A stretch of DNA of 64,000 nucleotides, taken from NCBI GenBank assembly GCA_963841435.1, contig CAWJCS010000004.1, positions 704,001 through 768,000 on the forward strand, in the 5' to 3' direction. Source of the stretch: an uncultured delta proteobacterium (GTDB taxonomy: Bacteria > Myxococcota_A > Polyangia > Polyangiales > Polyangiaceae). The position numbers and the translations under genes were made by a program. Below the pieces are notes generated by a model. It saw only the letters and a program-made list of their open reading frames with translations. It searched no databases and was not told the origin of the DNA. Below, one piece after another: positions 1 through 10,298 of this stretch (position 1 is its first letter; every line of letters begins with the position of its first letter).

Positions 1-1
1 C

Positions 2-1063
2 AGCCAATGGTGCGCGTGGGACGTCAGGGACTGCGACACGTGCACCACGGATGCTCACGTCACCGCGTGCAACGAGCATTTCAGCGACGCGGCGGCGGCG
101 GGCGCACCGATGGGCCTTTCGAGCGACGGCACACGCGCTGTGGTCGCCCTGACGGGCTACCGGAAAATCCATGTCAGGGCCGTGGGGGACGACCTCCGGC
201 CGCTCGGCGAGGAGCAATGCTACCTGCCCGGCGGCGTCGCCACCGGCGTCGCAGTTGCACGCGTACCGGGCGGGTTTCTGCTCGTCACCCAGGAACGCTA
301 CGGCTCGTCGGCCCTGCCGATCCAGATCATGCCGCTCGACGCGGACGGCGTAGCGCGAGGCATGGGCACCCAGCTCGAGACCGTGGGAGGGACCATGACC
401 GTCGTCGAGCGCCCCGACGGAGGACCGTTGGTCCTCGTGACGCGACTGGGCGTCAACGCCTTCCTGGTCAACGCGGACGGACGGACCGAGCGCACCGTCC
501 GGTTGTTCGACGACCGGTATTCGGAAGTGGTTGGCGCCGGCTACGTGGCGGGCGGTTTCGTCGCCTGGGCGGTGAGTGGGGTCGCCAACGATCGCAAGTT
601 CGAAACGGCGCGCCTGGAGCTCGACGGAACCCTGACGAAGAGCATCGTTCCAGATTCCGAGCGCCCTTTCCTCGGCCCGATTGCAGTCGCTGGAAACGAG
701 GCCCGTTCGGTCTGGATCGTGCAATCGGAGGTCATGCTTGCCCGTCTCGATGAAAACGGGATGCCGCTCGGTGCCCCAGAGACGATCGCGACCGGCGACT
801 ACGCTTCCATGCTCGCGCTGACAGCGACCGAGACGGGCACGGTGGCTGTGCTTCGCCAGAAGGAGGGTGGCCTCGCCGGCCCAGGGCTCGTCGCGCTCTG
901 GATCGACGGGCAGGGGGCGTCGTCCACCGCCTACGAATTCGCGCGCGCCACGTCGCAAGGCGACCTAAGACTGACCGCGTTCGGCAGCGACGGCCTGGCC
1001 GCGTACTGGCAGTTGGCGGGGCACTACCCGGGTGGGGTCAAACTGGCAAGGCTGGCACCGTAG
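2..1063 (+). CDS. Hypothetical exported protein, Cys-rich N-terminal part plus beta-strand-rich region; 5' end outside window
   Basis: The frame of ORF 110..1063 is open back to position 2 (SQWCAWDVRDCDTC...); GC3-rich codons. Confidence 0.6.
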   Translation, partial: SQWCAWDVRDCDTCTTDAHVTACNEHFSDAAAAGAPMGLSSDGTRAVVALTGYRKIHVRAVGDDLRPLGEEQCYLPGGVATGVAVARVPGGFLLVTQERYGSSALPIQIMPLDADGVARGMGTQLETVGGTMTVVERPDGGPLVLVTRLGVNAFLVNADGRTERTVRLFDDRYSEVVGAGYVAGGFVAWAVSGVANDRKFETARLELDGTLTKSIVPDSERPFLGPIAVAGNEARSVWIVQSEVMLARLDENGMPLGAPETIATGDYASMLALTATETGTVAVLRQKEGGLAGPGLVALWIDGQGASSTAYEFARATSQGDLRLTAFGSDGLAAYWQLAGHYPGGVKLARLAP

Positions 1064-1214
1064 GACTCGCCGCCACCGGGCGATCTCTCTCCGGCTTCCG
1101 CTCGGTTTTGCTGGCGGAGTTTGCACCGTAGAGCGTGGTGGCGAGAAGCTCGACGCAAGTCGATGGCGCTGCCGCGGTCAGCAGGCGCTGACGCGTCCGT
1201 CGAACGACGCGTTC

Positions 1215-1437
1215 GGCGAGGCGGTTCTCAGGTGAGCCGCAGCCCGTGGCGCTTCGCGTACTCGACGAGACCGAGCTTGTCGATGCTCCGGAGATTGCTC
1301 GTCGTCACCTTGAGGGCGACGTGGCGGCCGAGCTCGGGGACCCAGAGCCGACGCTCCTGCACGTTGACGTGCTGCCAGCGCATGGTCTTGATGTTCGAGT
1401 GCGAAACGTTGCGCGCCTGGAGCTTGCGCTTGCCGGT
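1215..1437. repeat. 223-bp direct repeat, copy 1 (pairs with 12712..12934)
   Basis: Manual alignment, offset 11497 nt; mismatches at 1243/12740, 1296/12793, 1417/12914. Confidence 0.92.
1228..1437 (-). pseudogene. rpmB: 5'-truncated duplicate of rpmB (L28), missing the first 6 codons
   Basis: Translates TGKRKLQARNVSHSNIKTMRW...YAKRHGLRLT*; matches 12725..12934 except at 3 bases; no start codon. Confidence 0.9.
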
Positions 1438-1721
1438 AGTGGGCTGCCCACGCCCCGGCCTGCTTCGGCGCGTGCTCGCGTGCTCGGCAGGGCAGGGGGG
1501 CTCGACGAGGACGACGCAGAACTCGTGGCCTGCCTGCGCGCGCTGCGCGCGCTGCCTGCGCGGGCCTTGCCCCTCCCAAGCACGTGCTCGGCCTCCGGCC
1601 TGCGCGCGAGCGGGAGGGGCTTGCGACCGGCGGCCGAGTGGCGAGTCGTGGCCGCCAGGTCGGGTACGAGCTGGTCGTTCCGATGCCGCAATGGAACCCC
1701 GTCAGACTCACCAGTGTACCA

Positions 1722-2663
1722 TCACCCGGCCGAAAAGCGGTACTCGGACGGGGAGAGTGCAAGCCCTGCCAGTTGCGCCATCGTCCCCAGGAAGAAGAGC
1801 GCAACGGCGACGAACGCGAGCCCTTCCCAGGCGGTGTTTCGTCGATGGTCGCCACGCTGCAAGCGAAAGCACTGTGCGGCGGCGAGCGGCGAGAGCGCGA
1901 GCCAGAAGACAGCGACCTCCGAAGGAACCTGAAGCCAGGCGCCCGAAATCGCGAGCAGGAAAGCGATCAAGATGGAGGCTTGGACGAGGCGCGCCGCGCG
2001 CTCCGGTCCGAACAGGACGACCCAGCTCACTTTGCCGACGCTGCGATCGCCCGCATGATCGGGAAACTCGATCGTGACCAGCATCGCGATCTGCAGGAAC
2101 ACGAGCGGCGCGCTCAACGTGATCGGAAAAAGGTCGAAGCGCCCCGACTGCACGAGAAAACCGGCAAGCGGAGTGAGGAGCGGGACGACGAGCGCCGTGA
2201 CCGGTTCGCCGAAGCCCCTACTGTGCAGCCGCAACGGAGGGCCTGCATGGGACCAGGCGAGCACTTGCATGACGGCGAGCAGCGAGACGGCCCACGAGTA
2301 CTGAGGTGAGCGGAGCAGTAGCCCCACGGCAGCGACCGGTGCGATCGAGCCGACGATGGCCGCAGCGCGGAGCGCCGTGCCGCGCGGAAGCTCGCCCTTC
2401 ACGAGGACACGGCTACCGCCCGACCAGTGCGTGGGCGTGTGGTTCGCCTTGTCTGCCTCGTAGTCGTAGTAGTCGTTCGAGTAGTGCGTCATGAGCTGAA
2501 TCGAGCTCACCGCCAGTTGCCCCAGGGCAAACGCCGTGGCATCGAAGCGATAGCCGCGCCGCAGGGCCGCGAGGGCCCCGAGACCGTAAAGCGCGAAGCC
2601 TCCGAGCAAGAAGACGGGACGGCCGAGTCGCACGACGGCGATGGCGCGGGCGGCGGCGTTCAT
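1722..2663 (-). CDS. UbiA/MenA-family prenyltransferase
   Basis: NDYYD...D and EFPDHAGDRSVGK Asp-rich motifs, SGGSRVL, multiple TM helices; ATG overlaps upstream stop (ATGA). Confidence 0.88.
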   Translation of the reverse strand: MNAAARAIAVVRLGRPVFLLGGFALYGLGALAALRRGYRFDATAFALGQLAVSSIQLMTHYSNDYYDYEADKANHTPTHWSGGSRVLVKGELPRGTALRAAAIVGSIAPVAAVGLLLRSPQYSWAVSLLAVMQVLAWSHAGPPLRLHSRGFGEPVTALVVPLLTPLAGFLVQSGRFDLFPITLSAPLVFLQIAMLVTIEFPDHAGDRSVGKVSWVVLFGPERAARLVQASILIAFLLAISGAWLQVPSEVAVFWLALSPLAAAQCFRLQRGDHRRNTAWEGLAFVAVALFFLGTMAQLAGLALSPSEYRFSAG

Positions 2664-3778
2664 CCTCGAATGCCCCCCGCGAACGCCACGAGCGCCTGCA
2701 TCGCGCTCGGGTGAGCCTTGAAGCCCCGGCGGGCGAGCTCCGCGAGACGCGGGCTTCCGGCAAGCGCGAGAACCCCCGCGCCGACGCAGCGGTGGACCCG
2801 CACCGCGCGCGCACGCGCCCGCTCGAATCGGCGCCGAGCGAGCAGGCTCCCGGTCACGATCTCGAACGCGTGCGCTGCGAGAAGCTCGGCGCTCGTCAAT
2901 GCCAAGCTGAGTCCACCGGCCGTGACGGGATCGACGCTCGCCGAGGCATCGCCGAGCAGGATCAAGCCCGGCGGCTCCGGGCCTCGAGCCGAGCTCACGA
3001 GCGGAGCCCGGCCCATGAGCTCGCTGGTCTGCGTCGCCCCCTCCAGCCATTGTCGTAACAGCGGCTCGCGAGTCACCCAGCGGCGAAAGGCGTTACGAAG
3101 ATCGCCCGCGGCGGTGTGCTCATGAGCGAGTGCAGCCACGAGCACCTCGTCGTGCGGCAGCGGCGTGACGTAGAGCTCGTAACCGCAGCGGAGAAAGATC
3201 TCGATATCCAAAAGCGGCATCGCGTCGCTCCGGCGTCGAAAATGCGCGCGCACCCCGACCCGGCGCGGCTTTACGATGCGTTCGAGACCGAGCTTCCGCC
3301 GCAGCTTCGAGTTGGAGCCGTCGGCGGCGACCACGAGGCGCGCGCGGCGCGCCTGTCCGTGCACGACGACCCCACTGACGCGGTCTCCCTCCGAAAGCAA
3401 CGAATCGACCCCCGTACCAGCTCGGGCAGTCACTCCGGCGGTCCGAGCCGCGGCCGCCCAGAGCGTAGTGTCCAGCCGAATGCGCTTCTGGCCAATCCCG
3501 TGAGGTGCGGCGGAGCCGTCACCGGGGCCGAAGCTGCTGCGCAGCGAGCCGCCCGTCAGGTGATAGCGCACACCCGCGAGCGGCTGTCCCGCCACGGCAT
3601 CGGCGAGCCCGAGATGTTGCAGCGCTTCGACGCCTGCCGGAAGCAGGCCCTCCCCGCAGGGCTTATCGCGAGGAAACGTCGCCCGCTCGTAGAGCTCGAC
3701 CTCGAAACCACGGCGTCCGAGCGCGACCGCGAGCGACGCGCCCGCAGGACCGGCGCCGACGACGATCACGTCAGTCAT
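2660..3778 (-). CDS. FAD-dependent oxidoreductase/monooxygenase (GGR-like fold)
   Basis: DVIVVGAGPAG, FPRDKPCGEG, AADG, LGDA..VDP..AGG motifs. Confidence 0.85.
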   Translation of the reverse strand: MTDVIVVGAGPAGASLAVALGRRGFEVELYERATFPRDKPCGEGLLPAGVEALQHLGLADAVAGQPLAGVRYHLTGGSLRSSFGPGDGSAAPHGIGQKRIRLDTTLWAAAARTAGVTARAGTGVDSLLSEGDRVSGVVVHGQARRARLVVAADGSNSKLRRKLGLERIVKPRRVGVRAHFRRRSDAMPLLDIEIFLRCGYELYVTPLPHDEVLVAALAHEHTAAGDLRNAFRRWVTREPLLRQWLEGATQTSELMGRAPLVSSARGPEPPGLILLGDASASVDPVTAGGLSLALTSAELLAAHAFEIVTGSLLARRRFERARARAVRVHRCVGAGVLALAGSPRLAELARRGFKAHPSAMQALVAFAGGIRG

Positions 3779-4376
3779 GGCTTGCCTCTCGCGCGAGCGC
3801 CGGCGAAGCCCTGCGCAGGCGCGGTACGAAGCGGGGCTTGTCTCCCATCCTTGCGCGGTAGGCGGGGTGAGAGAACAGCACCGACTCCTCGAGCAGGATC
3901 CGTCGTCGGAGCACGAAGAGGTGCAGCACCGAGCCGAGCGCCGCCGTCACCCAGGCGCCTTGAACGAGTGGCAGGAACAGAAGCTCGAGGAAGACGGCCA
4001 CGTAGTTTGGATGACGCACGAACCGATACGGTCCGGAAGCGACGACGCCGAGCCCTACAGAATCGACGACCCGTACGTTCCAGTGCGGGCCGAGGCTGCG
4101 GATTGCCGCCACTCGCAGAAGGCTCGCGCCGACGACGCCCGCAGCCGCGCCTCCGCCGAGCCACAACGGGACCGCGCGTCTCGTGATCAACGGCTCCACG
4201 AGCGCGCCCCCGAGGATGGTGACGTGCAGCCAGACCATCGTGCAAAATCCCGGGTCTTCGACCGCCTGCGCGCCGTGCTCCACGAGCCAGCGGCGGTGCC
4301 TCCGCGAAACGCGTAGCTCCGAAAGCCGCGTCACGGCGAGCAGTCCCACCAGCGCGATGAGAATCGCGATCAGCAC
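3771..4376 (-). CDS. Isoprenylcysteine carboxyl methyltransferase (ICMT) family, SrsB/BpsB-like
   Basis: RLSEL..SRRH, LGPHWNVRV, GPYRFVRHPNY, RI..EE; GTG start at the PKS stop. Confidence 0.88.
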   Translation of the reverse strand: MLIAILIALVGLLAVTRLSELRVSRRHRRWLVEHGAQAVEDPGFCTMVWLHVTILGGALVEPLITRRAVPLWLGGGAAAGVVGASLLRVAAIRSLGPHWNVRVVDSVGLGVVASGPYRFVRHPNYVAVFLELLFLPLVQGAWVTAALGSVLHLFVLRRRILLEESVLFSHPAYRARMGDKPRFVPRLRRASPALAREASHD

Positions 4377-5422
4377 CGCGGGCCTCGCAAGAGCGCGAGC
4401 TCCACGGTGATACCAGGCCCGAACGCCGCGAGCAGGCCGTACCCGCGAGGAACACCGCGCCGGAGCGTTTCGCCGAGGACGAATAGCACCGACGCGCTCG
4501 ACTGATTGCCGTATCTCGAGAGGACGTCCCACGAGGCGGAGGTCTGGGCGGGCTTCAGCTCGAGCGAGCGTTCGAGCGCCTCCAGCACCCGACGCCCCCC
4601 GGGGTGCAGCACGAAGAACTCGACCTCTGAAAGTGAGAGCTCGTGTCGCTGCAGAAACTGGCCCACCACCCGCGGTGTGCAGGCGGCGATGATACGCGGG
4701 ACGTTTTTCGAGAGCACGACGTAGAAACCCGAGTCGCGCAGATCGAAACCCATGTCGTCGAGCGAATCGGGGAAAAAACCCGTGTGCGTCGCCACGACTT
4801 CGACTCCGGACGGCGCGGCCTCTCCCTGGAGCAGCACGGCAGCCGCGCCGTCTCCGAACAAGGAGCTCGCCACGATGTTCTCCACGGAGGGATCGTCGCC
4901 CCGAAACGTGAGGCTCGGGAGCTCCACCGCAACGACGAGGACGCGAGCCGCCGGGAATGCCCGAAGATGAGCGTGCGCGAGGGCGAGCGCGCTCGCCCCG
5001 CCGGCGCAACCGAGCTCAGTCAACGGCAGCCGGCGCACGTCGTGACGCAGTCCGAGCGGTTCGACGAGCAGCGCTGCCAGGGACGGAAGCGACACGCCCG
5101 TGCAGGACGAGGTGATGATCAAATCGACGTCGGCCGGCAAAACCCCGGCTCCGCGGAGACAGCTTCGGGTCGCCGAAAGCGCCAGATCGAGCGCGTGTCT
5201 GCGGTAGAGCGGCATCGCCTCGCTCAGGCTTCGGGACTCGCCGAGATACTCGAGCGGCACGACACTCTGCCTGCAGCGCACGCCCGTCCGGTCGAACAGA
5301 CCGCGCACGGACGCGGTGCGTTCCGCGTCGAGGCGAAACGTCCTCGCAACGACGCTGGCCACGGCATCTTGCTCGATCGCGTTCCGGGGGACCGCCGTCG
5401 CGACATGAGTGATGAACGCCAT
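4370..5422 (-). CDS. Type III polyketide synthase (SrsA/BpsA-like)
   Basis: Catalytic Cys (LGCAGG), His (HPGG), Asn (GNQSS); LFGDGAAA; AFGPG. Confidence 0.93.
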   Translation of the reverse strand: MAFITHVATAVPRNAIEQDAVASVVARTFRLDAERTASVRGLFDRTGVRCRQSVVPLEYLGESRSLSEAMPLYRRHALDLALSATRSCLRGAGVLPADVDLIITSSCTGVSLPSLAALLVEPLGLRHDVRRLPLTELGCAGGASALALAHAHLRAFPAARVLVVAVELPSLTFRGDDPSVENIVASSLFGDGAAAVLLQGEAAPSGVEVVATHTGFFPDSLDDMGFDLRDSGFYVVLSKNVPRIIAACTPRVVGQFLQRHELSLSEVEFFVLHPGGRRVLEALERSLELKPAQTSASWDVLSRYGNQSSASVLFVLGETLRRGVPRGYGLLAAFGPGITVELALLRGPRC

Positions 5423-5744
5423 GACCCTCGAGGTGTGAGGCGGTAAGCAGAACCCGTGCCGACGCTCGACGTCCCATCGAGCGGTGCGCAAGCTCGCCTC
5501 GGCCGTGCCGACTTCGCCTCGAAAACCGCTCGTGGCGACGGGCCCCGAGCCCGGGCCCGCGGTGATCGCGCGGCGTTCTTGCCCACGCTGAACCGCCCCG
5601 GCGAGGCAGGACGGCACGTCTCCGCCGTCACGCGAGAGACACTCTCGAGCTTCTGCGACGAAAGGCTCGCCGTTTGGCGGGAGTGGTGCCTGAGCAGCCA
5701 GGCCCATCGGCTCCCGGCTTCCTTTTCGCGGCTCGCCGACGGCG

Positions 5745-6110
5745 ACACTGGCGGACGCGCTCGGCCGTGTCGGCTCGGGCGGCACAATCTACATGCGAGG
5801 CCGCCGTTACCCGCTCGGAAGCGCGCTCGCCCTCAACGAGAGCGGCCCGCGCCTGGAACAATCTTGACGACGGCTGGGACGGGTACCTCCGGCCCGCCGA
5901 CAACGTGACGACGACCTACGAGCGGTGCTGGGCCATCGACAACGGCAAGCTCAAAAACGGCTCGGTGGGCGTCGGCGACGGCAACGGGTTCAAAACGGGA
6001 GGCAGCGACGGCAACAACGTCCGCCACAACGCCATCTACGAGAAGTGCATCGCCGCAGGCAACGTGCACGACGGGTTTGACCACACAGCAACCGCGGCAC
6101 CATCACGATC
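5745..6110 (+). pseudogene. Internally deleted, frameshifted PL9 (pectate lyase, beta-helix) remnant
   Basis: TLADAL...GGTIYMRG in one frame joined to RAWNNLDDGWDGY...GDGNGFKTGG...DGFDH in another, then SNRGTITI after a further frameshift. Confidence 0.72.
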
Positions 6111-6248
6111 CGGCCTCGGTCCCGACGGCGACCCCAGCCGTACCAGCCTGTCGCGCCGAGGCAGCCTGGCCGCCACAGCCCGACGGCCGTTTTCTCGAGC
6201 TCGCGAGCGACTCCGCTCGCTTCACCGTCGCTCGAGGAAGCACGCACG

Positions 6249-6264
6249 CGGCACGACCGTTGCT
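6249..6264 (+). promoter_or_regulatory. Putative sigma54 -24/-12 promoter
   Basis: CGGCACGaccgTTGCT, GG and GC 12 nt apart, upstream of the hemerythrin gene. Confidence 0.65.
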
Positions 6265-6322
6265 TGTGCTTCCGCTCGCGATTTGCAGAGAAGCAATCGC
6301 CATCACGAAAGCAGGGAGCGCC

Positions 6323-6823
6323 ATGTTGAAAACGACGGACAATTTGGCCTCACAGGCCAGAGGGGCAATGAAGGACGTGAAAGCCGGCATGAAGGGTTTG
6401 AGCGGAGTCTTCATGCACCTGATGGAGGAGCACGGGAAAGTCGGCTCGTTGCTGAAGCGCGTGAAGGGAAGCTCGGACCCGAAAGTCCGCGAGGAGCTCT
6501 ACCCGACCATCCGCCAGGAGCTCTTGTCGCACGAGAAAGGCGAGCTCGCGGTCGTTTATCCCGCAATTGCCGAGTTTCCCGAAACGGCCGCCATTTCCGC
6601 GCAGCACGCAGAAGAGGCTCAGGAGCTCGAGGCAGCGATTGCGGAGGTCGACGCGCAGGCCATCCGCTCCGACGCGTGGCAGCGTGCTTTCGATCAGCTC
6701 GTCGAGTTGGTCGAGAGCCACGTTGACGAGGAAGAAAGCGAGTTCTTTCCGCGAGCGCAGGAGGCACTGGGCTCCGACCGCGCCGAGCAGCTCCTGCCAC
6801 GCTACGAAGCCGCGAAGAAGTAG
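6323..6823 (+). CDS. Hemerythrin (HHE) domain protein
   Basis: LMEEH, LLSHEKGE...YP, HAEEA, HVDEEE..FFP; GGGAG SD. Confidence 0.82.
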   Translation: MLKTTDNLASQARGAMKDVKAGMKGLSGVFMHLMEEHGKVGSLLKRVKGSSDPKVREELYPTIRQELLSHEKGELAVVYPAIAEFPETAAISAQHAEEAQELEAAIAEVDAQAIRSDAWQRAFDQLVELVESHVDEEESEFFPRAQEALGSDRAEQLLPRYEAAKK

Positions 6824-6881
6824 CTAGGGCCGGCGTACGGGCCGCATCGCCACGAAAGCGTGGGGTGCGGCCGTCCGCCCC

Positions 6882-7895
6882 GTGCCACACGACGACACCA
6901 TGCGCCGAGACGCATCCCTCGTGATCCGCTGCGTCGGCGCGGTGGCTCTGCTTGCGCTCGTCGCGCTCGCGGCCCGCGTGCTGCTCGTGCTGTTTGCGGG
7001 GTTTCTGTTCGCCGTCGCGCTGCGCGGGGCCGCGCGCTTCATCGCGGTGCACGCGCGCATCAGGTACGGAATCGCCCTCGCCTTGCTCGTTCTCGTGCTC
7101 CTCGGCGCGACGACGACGGGTATCATCGTTCACGCTCCGCGAGTCGCCAGCGAGGTGGCAAAGCTCCCCGAGCTGCTGTCGGGGCCCGTGGAGCGAACGC
7201 TGGCGTCGCTGCACCTTCCCGTGATGCAGAAAGGGTCGCAAGGGGGCACGGGCCGCCTGCGCATCGATGAAATCTTCTCCGGAGCAATTGGCACCGCGAG
7301 TGCCACACTCGAGATCCTGGCGGGGCTCGTCGTCATCTTCTTCGTGGGCGTCTACGGAGCGGCAAACCCGCGGCTCTACTCGTCCGCGCTCTCCGGGATC
7401 TTTTCGGGTCAGCGCCGCGTGAACGTCAACCAAGTGCTCGGCAACGTGGCGGGGCAGCTCGAGCATTGGTTGCTCGGACGACTGGTCGCCATGCTGTTCG
7501 TGGGCGTGACGACGGCCATTGCTTTCAGCTTGCTCGATCTCCCCCTCGCTGTCGCGCTCGCAACGGTCTGTGGGGTGCTCACTTTCGTCGAGTATCTCGG
7601 GGCCGTCGTTTCTGCGGTTCCGGCGATCCTGCTCGGGCTGACTCGCGGCGTCGCCGTCGCCGCCTGGGTTGGCGTCATCTTCGTCGCCTTGCACGTCGTG
7701 GAGGGCTACGTGCTCACACCGATGCTTGGGAAGAGCACGGTTCGGATCCCGCCGGCCTACGGTCTTGCGAGCCAGGTCATCCTCACCGCGCTGGTCGGCC
7801 CGCTCGGCCTCACCTTCTCGACCCCGCTGCTGGTCGTCGCGGGCGTACTCTACGGGGAGCTCCGCCACGCGAGCTCCGAGGTGACTCCGCCGTGA
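6882..7895 (+). CDS. AI-2E family transporter
   Basis: Multi-TM; WLLGRL..M, F.EYLG..S.VP, EGYVLTP motifs. Confidence 0.85.
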   Translation: MPHDDTMRRDASLVIRCVGAVALLALVALAARVLLVLFAGFLFAVALRGAARFIAVHARIRYGIALALLVLVLLGATTTGIIVHAPRVASEVAKLPELLSGPVERTLASLHLPVMQKGSQGGTGRLRIDEIFSGAIGTASATLEILAGLVVIFFVGVYGAANPRLYSSALSGIFSGQRRVNVNQVLGNVAGQLEHWLLGRLVAMLFVGVTTAIAFSLLDLPLAVALATVCGVLTFVEYLGAVVSAVPAILLGLTRGVAVAAWVGVIFVALHVVEGYVLTPMLGKSTVRIPPAYGLASQVILTALVGPLGLTFSTPLLVVAGVLYGELRHASSEVTPP

Positions 7896-7946
7896 GTGGA
7901 GCCGGACACGCCGCGCTCCTCCCGCGGCCGAACGAGCACGCGTGGC

Positions 7947-9743
7947 TCAGGGCTCGCTGCGCCGCTTCGCGGCGGCGCCGCCGCTGGCGAGATTTCGTGC
8001 GCTGTTGATCAGCGCAACGTGGGACAAGGCCTGCGGGAAGTTGCCGAGCAGCCGCCCGGCGACCGGGTCGTACTCCTCCGACAGCAAACCAACGTCGTTG
8101 GCGACGGCGACTAGTCGTGCGTAAAGCTTCCTGGCCTCGTCGTACCTCCCGTCGAGTACGTAGGCGTCCACGAGCCAGAACGAGCAGGCCAAAAAGGATC
8201 CTTCACTGCCGCCCATCTGGTCGGCCCCGTCGTCGCGGTCGAGCCTGTAGCGCTGAACGAATCCGTGCTGCAGCAGGCGCTCTTCCACTGCCCGCACCGT
8301 ACCGCGAACGCGCTCGTCGGACGCCGGCAGGAACCCGACAACTGGAACGAGCAGCAAGCTCGCATCCACGGCGTTGCTTCCGTAGAACTGAACGAAGCTC
8401 CGGATGTCGGCGTTCCAGCCGTTTTGGCACACGTCGCGGCGAATGGTCTCCCGCGTGCACCGCCAGCGCTCCACCGGACCCTCCATCCCATGGCGCTCGA
8501 CGGCCTTGATGGCGCGGTCCATTGCGACCCAGGTCATGACCTTGGAATGCGTGAAATGCCGGCGTGGCCCGCGAGTTTCCCAGAGTCCGGCATCGGGCGC
8601 GGCCCAGTTCGATTCCAGCCACTCGCACAGGGATCGCTCGAGCCGCCAGCTCGCCTCGGTGGAGCCCATCCTGGCCTTCAGTGCCTCGTGGAGGGTGTCC
8701 CCGACCTCGCCGTAGACGTCGAGCTGCAGCTGGCTGGCGGCGCCGTTGCCGATGCGAACCGGTCGGGACCCTTCGTAGCCTGAAAGCCAGTCGAGCTCCC
8801 GCTGGTCCATGTGCCGCTCCCCGAGGACGCCATAGGCAATCTGCAGCTTGCTCGGGTGGCCCGCGACGGCACGCAGGAGCCAATCGCGAAAGGCACGGGC
8901 TTCCTCGGCGTAGCCACCGTGCAGCAACGCGTGGAGCGTGAACGTCGCGTCGCGCAGCCAGCAGTAGCGATAATCCCAGTTTCGGCTGCCGCCGATGCAC
9001 TCGGGAAGAGACGTGGTCCCGGCAGCGACGATGCCGCCGGTCGGTGCGTAAGTGAGCGCCTTGAGCGTGATGAGCGAGCGCATCACCTCTTCCCTGCATC
9101 GTCCGCGATCTTTGCCGCGCGACGCCCAATCGACCCAGAACGCTTCCGTCTTCTCCAGCTCGGAGAACGCATCCGGTGACGGCGGCGCCGCCTCGTGCGA
9201 CGGGTGCCAGGTGAGCACGAACGGCACCCGCTGACCGGCGCGCACTTCGAACCGGGTGACGCTCGTGTTCCCCTTGCCCGAGCTTTGCACGGGACACACG
9301 AGCTCGAGAGCGTCCGGTCCGGCGACGGCCCGCATCCGACCATCGAGGTGCTCCATCCAGGGAACGACGTTCCCGTAGTCGTAGCGAATGACGACCTCGG
9401 ACCGCATCGGCACCGAGCCCTCGATGCCTTCGACCACGCGGACGACGTTGGGATAGCGCCCGCGGATTGGCATGCTGTCGATGACGCGCACCGCTCCTTC
9501 CGGCATCCTGAACTCTGTTTCCAGGATCAGGGTGTCGCGACGGTAGCGGCGGCTCGCCGTTGCCTGGACGTCTTCCGGCGCGAGCAGCCAGCGACCGTTG
9601 TCCGGGCCTCCGAGGAGCGCCGCAAAGCACGCCGCCGAGTCGAAGCGGGGCAGGCAGAGCCAGTCGATCGACCCGTGGAGGCCCACCAGCGCGAGCGTCT
9701 GAGTGTCGCCGATGACGGCGTAGTCCTCGATGCGCTCTGCCAC
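7947..9743 (-). CDS. Glycoside hydrolase family 15 (glucoamylase/trehalase-like)
   Basis: RIEDYAVIGD, TSLPE.IGGSRNWDYRYCWLRD, GLLSEEYD, GNFPQALSH; start may be 9743 or 9767. Confidence 0.93.
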   Translation of the reverse strand: MAERIEDYAVIGDTQTLALVGLHGSIDWLCLPRFDSAACFAALLGGPDNGRWLLAPEDVQATASRRYRRDTLILETEFRMPEGAVRVIDSMPIRGRYPNVVRVVEGIEGSVPMRSEVVIRYDYGNVVPWMEHLDGRMRAVAGPDALELVCPVQSSGKGNTSVTRFEVRAGQRVPFVLTWHPSHEAAPPSPDAFSELEKTEAFWVDWASRGKDRGRCREEVMRSLITLKALTYAPTGGIVAAGTTSLPECIGGSRNWDYRYCWLRDATFTLHALLHGGYAEEARAFRDWLLRAVAGHPSKLQIAYGVLGERHMDQRELDWLSGYEGSRPVRIGNGAASQLQLDVYGEVGDTLHEALKARMGSTEASWRLERSLCEWLESNWAAPDAGLWETRGPRRHFTHSKVMTWVAMDRAIKAVERHGMEGPVERWRCTRETIRRDVCQNGWNADIRSFVQFYGSNAVDASLLLVPVVGFLPASDERVRGTVRAVEERLLQHGFVQRYRLDRDDGADQMGGSEGSFLACSFWLVDAYVLDGRYDEARKLYARLVAVANDVGLLSEEYDPVAGRLLGNFPQALSHVALINSARNLASGGAAAKRRSEP

Positions 9744-10298
9744 GTGGCCCGATGCTCCACCTGGCATGCGAGCAAGTATCGCGCCGGTGCCCCGACAACG
9801 TCTCGCGGCCACGGCGCCGCGCGTGGATAGCCGTTGCCGCGACGATCGTCGTCGGGCCGCCGCTCGCCTGCGTCGTCGCGCTCGTCCATCGCCCGCTGGC
9901 ATCCCTGGCCGTCTTCAGAGTGTTCACCACATTCGGGCTGTCCGTCCTTCGCCTGGGGGCGTTCGTTTGCCCGAAGTGCGGACGCCGCTGTCTTCTCTGG
10001 GGTCGAGGTCGGCACGCAGGGTCCGTTCAGAACCTGAACGGCGAGCGCGCGCAATCCCGCCTCGCACCGGGGCGAGGTGGTGGTCGCACTTTCGCACTCG
10101 ACGCGGCGCGTCCGCCAGAGGTCGCAAGCTGCGCGGCAGTCGAGAGGGCCCGGTGCCGGCCCGAGTCCTGGCCCGCTTGCTGCAAGTGGTGCCAGTGCGG
10201 AAACAACTCTTTCGCTGGTGGCACTCCTTCGCGGCGAGCCGCCAAACACGGGCTCGAGCTCCACGCTTGGGCACGATCGCCCCACCAAAGGAAACGTC

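Noticed and set aside
1440-1720. Possible glyoxalase/VOC remnant (GHEFCVV on the minus strand)
   Set aside because: Only one short motif; too weak to call.
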